Source: Corallococcus exercitus
GTDB taxonomy: Bacteria; Myxococcota; Myxococcia; Myxococcales; Myxococcaceae
Direction of reading: 5' to 3'
DNA length: 64,000 bases
NCBI RefSeq assembly: GCF_042231735.1
Contig: NZ_CP102577.1
Coordinates: 2,975,281-3,039,280 of the forward strand
Part shown: positions 9,856 to 17,913 of the stretch, piece by piece
How positions within the stretch are numbered: position 1 is the first letter of the stretch
Layout: every line of letters begins with the position of its first letter
Program-made: the position numbers and the translations under genes
The notes under the pieces: model-generated
What the model was told of the DNA's origin: nothing
Seen by the model: only the letters and a program-made list of their open reading frames with translations
Database searches by the model: none

Positions 9856-10881
9856 CTACGTGGGAGTGGCCGGGATGACTCCCGCGCGGTTGTCTTTGAG
9901 GAACCGGGTGATGAGGACCTTCGCCTGGGGCCCCAGCGTGGGATTGAACATCAGGGACGGCAGATAGAAACGGTAGGTGCCGCCGTCCTCCCAGCGGCCC
10001 GTGTTCCAGACCTTGTCACAGCGAATCGACGCCAGCACCTCCTCCGGCGCCACCTGCTCACAGGCCACCTCCCGCGCCGCGAGCGGCCACGCGACCTGGT
10101 CCTCGTGTGAATCGAAGATGGGCGGGTAGTACTTGCGCAGCAGCTCCACCTCCGCACGCTGCTGCTCGTACGTGTTGAAGCCCTCGCGAAGGAAGCACAC
10201 GAAGACGTACGTCCGCGTCACGGCTGTATCGTTCGGGAAGATGGTGGCCCCGGCCACCCGCGCCGAGAAGCAGTGCGCGGACTCCGGGAAGATGTCACCG
10301 ACCTTGGGAAAGACCTCCTGGTCCAGCGTCATCCCGATGTACGAGTTGGTGCGGTACTGAATCGTCCATGGCTTGCCGCCATCGTCATCGTTCGTCCGCA
10401 CGGGAAAGCCCCGCTTGAAGATCTTCAAGCAGTCCAGCGGGCTGGGGAGGTTGAGGCCGCGAAACGCCACCATGTTCAGCGGGCCCTGCCGGTACGTCAC
10501 GTCGGTATAGGCAAACGAAGGCTCGAACCCGAGCTCCGCCGTCCAGAGGAAGTACGCATTGCACTCGTCGCACTCATACATGGATGCGCGCGTGTTGAAG
10601 ATGCCGTCCGGTCCCTGCCGCGTCACCGCTTCCGAACGGCAGATGATCAGCGGACACCGGGGCTTGAAGACCGTCGTCTGCTTGCTCTTCTCCATCGCCA
10701 CGACCTGCTGCGCCTGGGTCAGCGCTCCGAGCACCGGGGCGGAGTGACGCCGCTCCAGTCGCGGTGGGCCGGGCTGCCGGTTGACCTCCTCGTTGAGGAG
10801 TTTCTGGCAGTAGCGGCAGGACGTGGCGCGCCCCTCGGACATGAAGGTCTTCATGCAGCCGTAGCACTTGTAGAACGGCAT
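9856..10881 (-). CDS. Hypothetical protein with two N-terminal zinc-ribbon-like Cys clusters
   Basis: CxxC...CxxC (MPFYKCYGCMK...CRYCQK) and C...CxxC (ICRSE...YECDECNAYF). Codon usage is lower in GC3 than the neighbours. I recognise no family. Confidence 0.55.
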   Translation of the reverse strand: MPFYKCYGCMKTFMSEGRATSCRYCQKLLNEEVNRQPGPPRLERRHSAPVLGALTQAQQVVAMEKSKQTTVFKPRCPLIICRSEAVTRQGPDGIFNTRASMYECDECNAYFLWTAELGFEPSFAYTDVTYRQGPLNMVAFRGLNLPSPLDCLKIFKRGFPVRTNDDDGGKPWTIQYRTNSYIGMTLDQEVFPKVGDIFPESAHCFSARVAGATIFPNDTAVTRTYVFVCFLREGFNTYEQQRAEVELLRKYYPPIFDSHEDQVAWPLAAREVACEQVAPEEVLASIRCDKVWNTGRWEDGGTYRFYLPSLMFNPTLGPQAKVLITRFLKDNRAGVIPATPT

Positions 10882-11077
10882 CGACTCACCTCGCCCGCGG
10901 GACCAGCGCCGGCCCTGGGCGCGTGGAGACCCCGCCCCACGCCAATAGCAATTCAGAAGCCACGCGCAGGGGCCCGGCGTCCGCCACGAGCCCTTCTCGC
11001 ACGAGGCCCCCGGCTCGCGTCCGCACGAGACGCGCCCGCGTTGCCAGGGGACGCGAAGGGACCGCCCCGGGGAGCGG

Positions 11078-11433
11078 GTGCTGGTGCGCGGAATGGTGCT
11101 GGAGGCCCAGAGCCGTCAGCCGTTCGGAGGTTCGCTCCAGGCGCAGCTGGAGGTGCGGGGGCCCAAGGGGGACGTCGTCCCCACCAGCACTGCGTCCACG
11201 GCGGACGCCGTCTGGGGCTACGCCTGGCCCATCCCCGCGGGCCAGGCCGGCGGCGAGTGCACCCTGCGGGTCACCTACCCGTGGACGGGCGCGGCCCCGG
11301 CAGAGCGGAAGTTCGACGTGCACGCTCCCTCAAGCAGGTGCGAATGGGTGCGGCAGGTGGGCACCCGGAGCGACGACCGGGCCACGGCGCTGGCGCGGGC
11401 CGCCAATGACGACGTCTACGTCGCGGGCGACAC
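11078..11433 (+). pseudogene. 5' fragment of an SBBP beta-propeller-repeat protein gene, interrupted by an insertion
   Basis: A carboxypeptidase-regulatory-like segment (EVRGPKGDVVPT...GECTLRVTYPW) followed by the SBBP repeat WVRQVGTRSDDRATALARAANDDVYVAGDT, which runs straight into the inverted repeat at 11434. Confidence 0.4.
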
Positions 11434-11449
11434 CCTAAGTAGGTGGCCA
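11434..11449. repeat. Left terminal inverted repeat of the candidate insertion
   Basis: CCTAAGTAGGTGGCCA. Confidence 0.5.
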
Positions 11450-11596
11450 GAAGTTGATGAACAAGCCCTGCGGCCTGAAGGTTCTCAGCGAAGACGCGCG
11501 CCTTGCGAAGCGCAGCGGTGAGTCGCGACGGTGTGCATGCGCGGACGCCAAGGCGGGTCCACGGACAGAGGCGCGCTGGCGGGGAGCGCTTTCGCC

Positions 11597-11621
11597 AAAC
11601 CTGTCCGACAGTCGGACAGGT
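11597..11621. promoter_or_regulatory. Perfect 12-1-12 palindrome, candidate operator upstream of the GntR-family gene
   Basis: AACCTGTCCGAC-A-GTCGGACAGGTT, about 120 bp upstream of the regulator start. A related half-site pair, TCCGAC-T-GTCGGA, recurs at 12742..12754. Confidence 0.4.
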
Positions 11622-11739
11622 TCGCGCTGCATGGGGCCCGGGGCCGCACCGGCACGGGAGGACATGAGGACGGTGTGCCCCCGCGTCCATGTCAGACCCC
11701 TCTGGTTGGATGGGCGAGGCTGGGACGAGGAGGCGGACG

Positions 11740-12987
11740 GTGATGGTGCGGGTGGGGCTCGTGGCGTACGTGGAGGAGCAACTCGAGCGAGAGATTTCGC
11801 TCGGGAGGCTGCCGAGGAACGGGCAGATTGGCTCGGAGCAGGTGCTGGCGCGTCGCTATGGGGTGAGCCGAGGCACCGTGCGCGAAGCGCTGCGGCGGCT
11901 GGCGGCGCGAGGCCTGGTGGTGCAGCGTCCCGGCCGTGTGACGCGTGCGGTGGCGCTGGATGAGTCACTGACGCTGGAGAACCTGGGCCTGGCGCTGCAT
12001 GACGAGCGCTCCGAGGAATGCCGGCGGCTGCTGGAGGGCTTCTTCAGCCTCAAGCGGCAGGTGCTGGTGGAACTCCTGGCCGACTGCTGCGCGAGTGCCT
12101 CCGAGCGGGACGTGAGCCTGCTGGAGGACACCTGCTACAGGCTCTCGGACGCGGCGCACTGGAACCCCGGGGCACGGTGCGCGCAGCTGGAATTCGAGTT
12201 GCTGCGGCTGGCGGCCCAGGCGGCGTCACGTCCAGGGCACCTGCTCCTCATTCAGTCACTGCAACGGGCCCTGAGAGGCAACGCGGCCCGGCTGCTGTCC
12301 TTCATGGGCGGCGAATCCCTGCGCCAGTGGGCCCTGTGCGCGATGCACGCCCTGAGCGAGCGCGACGCGCAGGCACTTCAGCACCAACTGCCTGCGCTGC
12401 TGAAGGCGTGCGATGAGCGCGTGCTGGACGCCTTCTCCCCTGCCCCTCGGGAGCATGCGTCCCCCGAGGCCCAGTGCGCCCCGGAGGACCTCCTCGAAGC
12501 CCCAACGTCAGCCCCTGAGCAGGACGAGGCGCTTGATGCACGCCCGTATGTTGAGGAGCACGGCCTTGATTCCCCTGCGTCAGTCACTGCGCAAGACGAC
12601 GCTTTTGAGACACACCCTTCCGTGGAGGAGCACGGCCTCGGCGCCCCCACGTCAGCCACCGAGGCGCTCGGAACTTCCCCCTGCGCGCCCAATGAGGGGG
12701 GCGTTGGGTGGGCGTGCCGGGCGCGACCTTGGGAAGCCCCATCCGACTGTCGGACGGACTGCATCACGCCACCCAGGCCCCCAGGCCCAGGGGACTGCGC
12801 GCCTCCGGAAGCTCCGTTGCTCGCTCACCAGGGCGACCTGCTTCGTGTGCAGCCACGGCCCTTCGCTTCTTCCATCGTCCATGAAGACCCGCACGTCGCC
12901 CCTCTGAAAGAGCACTCCTGTGCCGACTGCCCCCGACGTATCCGCTTGAGCCGTGCCTCCGCCCCGGATGAGGCAACGAACTCCTGA
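11740..12987 (+). CDS. GntR/FadR-family transcriptional regulator with a long acidic/Pro-rich C-terminal extension
   Basis: GntR winged HTH (SEQVLARRYGVSRGTVREALRRLAARGLVV) followed by a helical FCD-like region. The ORF opens at 11689 (track); the ATG at 11740 sits just before the HTH. The C-terminus has degenerate repeats of the VEEHGL...P(A/T)S type. Confidence 0.65.
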   Translation: MMVRVGLVAYVEEQLEREISLGRLPRNGQIGSEQVLARRYGVSRGTVREALRRLAARGLVVQRPGRVTRAVALDESLTLENLGLALHDERSEECRRLLEGFFSLKRQVLVELLADCCASASERDVSLLEDTCYRLSDAAHWNPGARCAQLEFELLRLAAQAASRPGHLLLIQSLQRALRGNAARLLSFMGGESLRQWALCAMHALSERDAQALQHQLPALLKACDERVLDAFSPAPREHASPEAQCAPEDLLEAPTSAPEQDEALDARPYVEEHGLDSPASVTAQDDAFETHPSVEEHGLGAPTSATEALGTSPCAPNEGGVGWACRARPWEAPSDCRTDCITPPRPPGPGDCAPPEAPLLAHQGDLLRVQPRPFASSIVHEDPHVAPLKEHSCADCPRRIRLSRASAPDEATNS

Positions 12988-12995
12988 GGGCCTAT

Positions 12996-13010
12996 CTAAG
13001 TAGGGAGCCA
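12996..13010. repeat. Internal third copy of the terminal repeat, in direct orientation relative to the left end
   Basis: CTAAGTAGGGAGCCA, 86 bp upstream of the right inverted repeat. With the right inverted repeat it delimits a 101-bp MITE-like unit, 12996..13096. Confidence 0.4.
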
Positions 13011-13080
13011 CCAGTTCCGAGACGAATGCAGGGGCCTTGCCCGTTCCCCCCGCTTCGCCTCGGATTCGTTCAGGGACATT

Positions 13081-13096
13081 TGGCGACCTACTTAGG
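13081..13096. repeat. Right terminal inverted repeat of the candidate insertion
   Basis: TGGCGACCTACTTAGG is the reverse complement of the left repeat with one mismatch. Confidence 0.5.
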
Positions 13097-13355
13097 GGGC
13101 TTTCCAGGCTTCACGAATCAAGGCGGAAGCGACCTGTTCGAGCTGCGCTTCAGCGAAGAGGGGCGGCTGCTGGGGACGTGGCAACAGGGCACGCCCCTGG
13201 ACGACCACGTCACCGGGCTGGCCGTGAACGCGTGCGGCAATGCCATGGTCGTCAGCTCCACCGAGGGCTCGCTGGTTCCCGGCAGCCCGCCCCAGGGCAG
13301 CCGCGATGCGTTCCGCATGAGGCTCCCGCCGCCCACGCCGCCCTTCGGGCGATGA
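13097..13355 (+). pseudogene. 3' fragment of the interrupted SBBP-repeat gene
   Basis: GFPGFTNQGGSDLFELRFSEEGRLLGTWQQGTPLDDHVTGLAVNACGNAMVVSSTEGSLVPG is a canonical SBBP repeat. Confidence 0.4.
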
Positions 13356-13385
13356 CGTCGCGCACGGGCCACTGCGCTCACCGGC

Positions 13386-14219
13386 GTGAAAGCGACTACG
13401 CTTGCGCTCCCCCAGGAGGCGTTCGAAATGCCGTGTATCTTCTGCGAGATTGGAATCTGCGCCGACCCCGGTCACGCCGGGGCTTCAAACCGGGGACGGC
13501 TCCAGCCGGTCAAGATCTTCGACATCCGGCGCTCCATCCCTTCCGCCCCACCCGTCACCCCCTCGTTCGATCCGCCCCGCCCGTCACCCATCCAGCCTTT
13601 GAATGGGCAGGTGCAGGTCAGGGAATACAGGGCGGACGAAGGGGGATGGAACACGGGCTCGCAGCTTGTGAATGATGCGAAGAGCCTCTTCCGGGCGTGG
13701 CTGCACAAGGCGAAACAGGACCGCGGAGAGAACTGGAGAAGCCCTCCGCTGGACAATGAGGACCTGTGCTCGGGAGCCAACTGGGCGCCTGTGGATGAAG
13801 GCATGGACGTCACGAGGCAGATCGTGAAGGTCAACACCCAGCATGGGAGGAATGAAGCGGGCGTCACCCTCTGGAGGGCCTACGGCGACGGCCCGTTCGG
13901 TCCGATGGTGGTCGGCATCCTCATCATGCAGAACGCCGTCTCCCGCGATAACGACGACGGCGTCGAGCACGAGCTGGGCATCCGGTGGCTCGTAGGCCAT
14001 CCGACCATCCGTGGTGTGGGGGCGGCGCTGATGGCGAAAGCGGATGCGCTGCATCAGACCGCCCCGTACAGACGCTTCCCGATGCACGTCACCGCATCCA
14101 GGTCCTCGGTCACCTGGTATCAAAGAAATGGATTCACCGTGGTGGAGCCCGCGACCTGCAACGATGAAGACACATCGTGCGGGTGCTCCATCATGATCAA
14201 AGCGGCTCCGCCCCAGTAA
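13386..14219 (+). CDS. Hypothetical protein with a C-terminal GNAT-acetyltransferase-like fold
   Basis: GNAT motif A-like IRGVGAALMAKAD and motif B-like WYQRNGF. Low-GC3 codon usage (aaa, gat, aat). Start uncertain. Confidence 0.5.
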   Translation: MKATTLALPQEAFEMPCIFCEIGICADPGHAGASNRGRLQPVKIFDIRRSIPSAPPVTPSFDPPRPSPIQPLNGQVQVREYRADEGGWNTGSQLVNDAKSLFRAWLHKAKQDRGENWRSPPLDNEDLCSGANWAPVDEGMDVTRQIVKVNTQHGRNEAGVTLWRAYGDGPFGPMVVGILIMQNAVSRDNDDGVEHELGIRWLVGHPTIRGVGAALMAKADALHQTAPYRRFPMHVTASRSSVTWYQRNGFTVVEPATCNDEDTSCGCSIMIKAAPPQ

Positions 14220-14230
14220 TCCCAGAGGCC

Positions 14231-14611
14231 TCACCGCGACAGCGACTCCAGGACGTGGATCGCCTCGTGGAGGACCGGGAGGAATTCAGGGTCATCGTCC
14301 TCCTCTTCGAAGGCCTCCCGGTGCGCCAGGAGCACCGGCAGCAGTGAGACATCCTCCAGCGCCTCCCCGCGAATCTTGACGTGGGGTTCGGAGAGCCGGT
14401 CCATCAGTTGGGCCAGGATGTTCGCGCCGCGTCCCCGCTCCTTCGGGGAGGCGGACTGAAGCCAGGCCGCGGCCCGCTGGAAGACGTCCACCCCGCCGCA
14501 GTGGTGCGGTTGCCAGATGGCGCGCCATGCGCCTGCGTCCTCCTCGCAGTCCTGGAGCATGCGCGCGAACAATTCATCGGTGGAGAGGTCGGCCTCGGGC
14601 GGGGAATCCAT
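14231..14611 (-). CDS. Hypothetical acidic protein
   Basis: 126-aa ORF convergent with the GNAT-like gene. Coding-like third-position GC. No recognisable domain. Confidence 0.45.
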   Translation of the reverse strand: MDSPPEADLSTDELFARMLQDCEEDAGAWRAIWQPHHCGGVDVFQRAAAWLQSASPKERGRGANILAQLMDRLSEPHVKIRGEALEDVSLLPVLLAHREAFEEEDDDPEFLPVLHEAIHVLESLSR

Positions 14612-14701
14612 TCCACGCGGTGTAGCGCCAGTCGCCCCTACCCTGCTGGACGCCCACGCCTCACAACGTCAGCAAGAAGTTCCCGCCATTGAGGAGCCCG
14701 C

Positions 14702-14995
14702 ATGTCGGCATCCGCTGAAGAGACCCTGAAGCAACTCCGCGCCGCGCGCCAGCAACGCGAGGAGCGCGAGCGGGAGGAGGTGGCGAAGGCCCGGGCCACG
14801 TCCGGCAAGGAGCCCTTCGACATCGAGAAGCTCCACGCCCTCTACAACCTCAGCTGGGATCTTCATGATGCGCCGCTCACGCCCTCTATCATCGAGGATT
14901 ACGAGCGGCGGTACTACCTGGGCTCGCCCCAGGTGAAGACGCTCCAGCAGTTCGCGGAGCTCTTGGTCGTGCTGCGCGACAACGACGCGAACTGA
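14702..14995 (+). CDS. Hypothetical small protein
   Basis: 97-aa ORF with high GC3 and charged helical sequence. Confidence 0.45.
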   Translation: MSASAEETLKQLRAARQQREEREREEVAKARATSGKEPFDIEKLHALYNLSWDLHDAPLTPSIIEDYERRYYLGSPQVKTLQQFAELLVVLRDNDAN

Positions 14996-15017
14996 AGCCT
15001 TGGCCAACCCTCGCGGT

Positions 15018-15213
15018 TGCTGGCGCCAACACGAACGACCTCAAGCTGGCGCGCTCCACGCTTGAATCAATTCCAGTCCGACGACCCCTGCCGAGCCGGA
15101 GCCGTCGTCAGACGCTGTGCGTCGACTGGGGTATGCCTTCAGGCCCGTGCGCGCACAGTGTCGACGCCCTTCGCCACGATGGGTCGTCGAGCGAACCCAC
15201 TCCTGGCTCAACC
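15018..15213 (+). mobile_element. Degenerate, internally deleted C-terminal remnant of an IS5-family (ISL2/IS427-like) transposase
   Basis: Translations in shifting frames give NTNDLKLARSTLESI, ...LGYAF-RPVRAQ and ...RWVVERTHSWLNRF, the conserved C-terminal blocks of IS5-family transposases. There is no intact ORF and no terminal repeats. Confidence 0.5.
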
Positions 15214-15400
15214 GCTTCCCGGCTTCCCGGGACGCCACCTTCGTTTCTCGTGAGGTCCCTGCTTCCTCGGGGTAGGCGTGGCGGAACTCATACGCATCCA
15301 GTTCTTCCTTGATGGCGGCGGCGACCACCACCACGCCAAGCACGATCACGGCCCCCACGGTGATTTCAGGGGCCGCCAGCACGCAGAACCCGACTCCCAC
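15213..15400 (-). pseudogene. Truncated paralog of the membrane-protein gene at 33703..34329
   Basis: MGVGFCVLAAPEITVGAVIVLGVVVVAAAIKEELDAYEFRHAYPEEAGTSRETKVASREAG is about 85% identical at DNA level to 33961..34114. The homology stops where the IS5 remnant begins. Confidence 0.35.
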
Positions 15401-15403
15401 GGC
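15247..15403. repeat. Copy 1 of an approximately 155-bp dispersed inverted repeat (paralogous coding segment)
   Basis: Its reverse complement aligns to 33961..34114 at about 85% identity by eye. Confidence 0.5.
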
Positions 15404-15548
15404 GGCGGCGATTGACGATCCTCGGGCTCCGCGTCGCGCGAGCCCTTGGACTCGGCGTTGACGTGGCGCAGGCGGAGAGGAAAAGACGAAGTGCGCTGCA
15501 TGCTCGCAGATGCAGGGCGTGGGTCACGGCGGGGCGCGGGGATACCGC

Positions 15549-17771
15549 TCAGTCGACCGTCACCAGCACGAACTTGTTGTTGATGTCCCGATCCACGGGC
15601 GTCACCACCTGGTCCGGCCCCACCGCGGTCCGCAGCAGGTTGAGGCGGTTGTGCTCCACCAGCACCCACACCCTGCCCGGCCGCGCCGCCAGGTTGCGCA
15701 TGCGCGTGTTGGCGTCGCGGGCGCGGAACTGCTCCACCGTGTTCTGCGAGTAGAACGTCTCACCGCGCCAGTTCATCATGTACGCGATGATGGGCTCGTC
15801 CGCCTTGCGCTGATCGTAGTAGCGCCAGAAGAGGTCCCGCTGCGTCCAGTGGTGGGCCAGGTCCACCCAGTGGCTCCAGTTGAACCAGAGGGCCACGCCC
15901 GCGGCGAGCACCCAGAAGGTGCCGAACAGCATCACCCGCGCGCGCATGAGGGCCGCCACCACCGCCAGCGCCCCGGCCACCGCGAAGGTGAAGCCCAGGG
16001 TCCTCTTGATGTTGACGGGCTCCGACAGCGCCTTGAGCAGCGAGTCCTCCGCCACCGGCTGGCGGAAGCCCCGCACCGCGAGCGCCACGCCCACCACCGC
16101 GATGAGGCCCGCCACCGTCCGCAGCGACGAGCGGCCCTCCGTACCCGGGCGCGAGGACTGCCAGCCCAGGAAGCCGGCCACCGCCAGGAACGCCAGCCCC
16201 AGCAGCGCCCCCGCGGACACCTGCGCCCGCGACGCCACCGCGCCCAGCGTGGCCACGCCGGACAGCAGCAGCAGCAGCGCCACCGCGCGAGCCCACGGTG
16301 ACGCCTTCTGCTTCGCGCGGGGAGCGAACGCGTCGAACGCGAGGTACACGCCAAAGGCCAGCAGCACCAGCGTCACCAGGTCCCCCGTCCACAGCGGGCG
16401 AGCGGCGAAGAAGGCGATGGGCTTCGTCACCAGGTCCTGCGGGTACGGGCGGTCGTAGTTGAAGACGAACAGGTCGGTGAAGTTCTTCGGGTTCTCCGCC
16501 AGGTCCTTGCCCACGAGGATGAAGAGCACGAACCCGAAGATGAGGCTCACCGCGTGCGCGGAGATGCCCTCCTCCCACAGCCGGTCCGCGAAGAGGGCCA
16601 GCAGGATGGCCATGCCCGGCAGCACGGGGAAGACGTAGTGGTGGAACTTCGTGGCGCTGGAGGACAGCAGCCAGAACGAGAAGGCCACCCACAGCACCGC
16701 GATGAGGGCCAGGTGGTCCGCCTTGCTCGCCGAGCGCAGGCGCAGCCGCGACACGACAGCGAAGGCGCCGGGCAGGAGCGCCACCCAGGGGAAGATGGCG
16801 AAGCCGCCCTGCTCGATGAAGTAGATGAAGGTGCCGCCCGGCGTGGTGGTGTAGACGCCCGCCGTGAGGCGGTTCAGGTGGTCGTGGATGAAGAAGCGGT
16901 ACCAGAAGAGCTTGCCTTCATCGTCCACCTCCTTGAAGAGGGACAGGGTGAGGTACCAGGGCACCGCCACCGCGAGGAAGACGAGGATGCCCGTGCCCAG
17001 GTGCATCCGGTACATCTGCCCCCACAGCACGGGCATGGGCACGCGGCCCTCGCGCACCTCCTTGCGGAAGTCCTTGTCCGACAGCCAGCGCAGGTGCTGC
17101 TCCACGCTGGCGCCGTCCCAGGGGATGACGGCCAGCGCCGCGTACAGCACCAGGATGACGGCGGGCAGGCCCACGCCGAGCAGCCCCTTGGCCAGCGTGG
17201 CCAGGCCGGCGAAGAAGTAGAAGCCGTACCACCACACGGAGCGGTGCTTCGTCGTCTCATCCAGCTGACCGATGAGCGCGCACGCCATGGCGCAGACGAA
17301 GGTCGTGACGAAGGGCGTGTCCGTCACCGTCTGCCGCGTGAGCAGGAAGTACAGCGGCATGGTGGCCAGGATGAAGCCGGTGGCCAGGCCCGCGCGGCGG
17401 CTCACCACGCGCGACACCGCGAGCGACAGGAGCGCCACCGCGGTGATGCTGAGGAGGGCGAAGGGGATGCGCATGCCCCACTCGGTGTAGAGGGCCACCG
17501 CGCCGCTGCCGCGCACCGTGCCCACCACCTGCATGCCCAGCGCCTGCATCCACATGGTGAGCGGAGGCTTGGAGAAGAAGTAGGCGCCTTCCCAGAAGGG
17601 ATACACGTAGTCGCGGCGCTCGATCATCATCCGAGCCACCTCGCCGTAGTGCGTCTCCCAGCAGTCCCACAGCCCCACTGCTCCCAGGTACGGGAGGAAC
17701 AGGAGGGCCGCGAAGCCGGCGGTGGCCACCACGACGCGCGCACTGAAGGGCAGCTGAAGCCACCGCTTCAT
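15549..17771 (-). CDS. Polytopic membrane glycosyltransferase, ArnT/PMT (GT39/GT83-like) family
   Basis: More than ten hydrophobic helices. The N-terminal loop YGEVARMMIERRDYVYPFWEGAYFFSKPPL resembles the ArnT/PMT catalytic loop. The start at the ATG MKRWLQ (17771) is preferred over the track's longer ORF. Confidence 0.7.
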   Translation of the reverse strand: MKRWLQLPFSARVVVATAGFAALLFLPYLGAVGLWDCWETHYGEVARMMIERRDYVYPFWEGAYFFSKPPLTMWMQALGMQVVGTVRGSGAVALYTEWGMRIPFALLSITAVALLSLAVSRVVSRRAGLATGFILATMPLYFLLTRQTVTDTPFVTTFVCAMACALIGQLDETTKHRSVWWYGFYFFAGLATLAKGLLGVGLPAVILVLYAALAVIPWDGASVEQHLRWLSDKDFRKEVREGRVPMPVLWGQMYRMHLGTGILVFLAVAVPWYLTLSLFKEVDDEGKLFWYRFFIHDHLNRLTAGVYTTTPGGTFIYFIEQGGFAIFPWVALLPGAFAVVSRLRLRSASKADHLALIAVLWVAFSFWLLSSSATKFHHYVFPVLPGMAILLALFADRLWEEGISAHAVSLIFGFVLFILVGKDLAENPKNFTDLFVFNYDRPYPQDLVTKPIAFFAARPLWTGDLVTLVLLAFGVYLAFDAFAPRAKQKASPWARAVALLLLLSGVATLGAVASRAQVSAGALLGLAFLAVAGFLGWQSSRPGTEGRSSLRTVAGLIAVVGVALAVRGFRQPVAEDSLLKALSEPVNIKRTLGFTFAVAGALAVVAALMRARVMLFGTFWVLAAGVALWFNWSHWVDLAHHWTQRDLFWRYYDQRKADEPIIAYMMNWRGETFYSQNTVEQFRARDANTRMRNLAARPGRVWVLVEHNRLNLLRTAVGPDQVVTPVDRDINNKFVLVTVD

Positions 17772-17913
17772 CCCATTCGCCGAGAGGGTCTCCTTGCCGA
17801 GAATGGCCTCGGTGAAGGTCTGCTCCGGCTGCTGTTCGCCTTCGCTCGCCACGGACTGAAGCTCCTTGAGTCGTTCCGGGCGGGTGGCCCGTGCGCACCA
17901 CCGTACCCCAGGC

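Larger units (their letters stand above)
11434..13096. mobile_element. Candidate 1663-bp insertion with 16-bp imperfect terminal inverted repeats, carrying a GntR-family gene and no transposase
   Basis: CCTAAGTAGGTGGCCA at 11434..11449 and its reverse complement (CCTAAGTAGGTCGCCA) at 13081..13096. Joining 11433 to 13097 gives in-frame ...YVAGDT/GFPGFTNQGGSDLFEL..., a continuous SBBP repeat. Confidence 0.4.
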
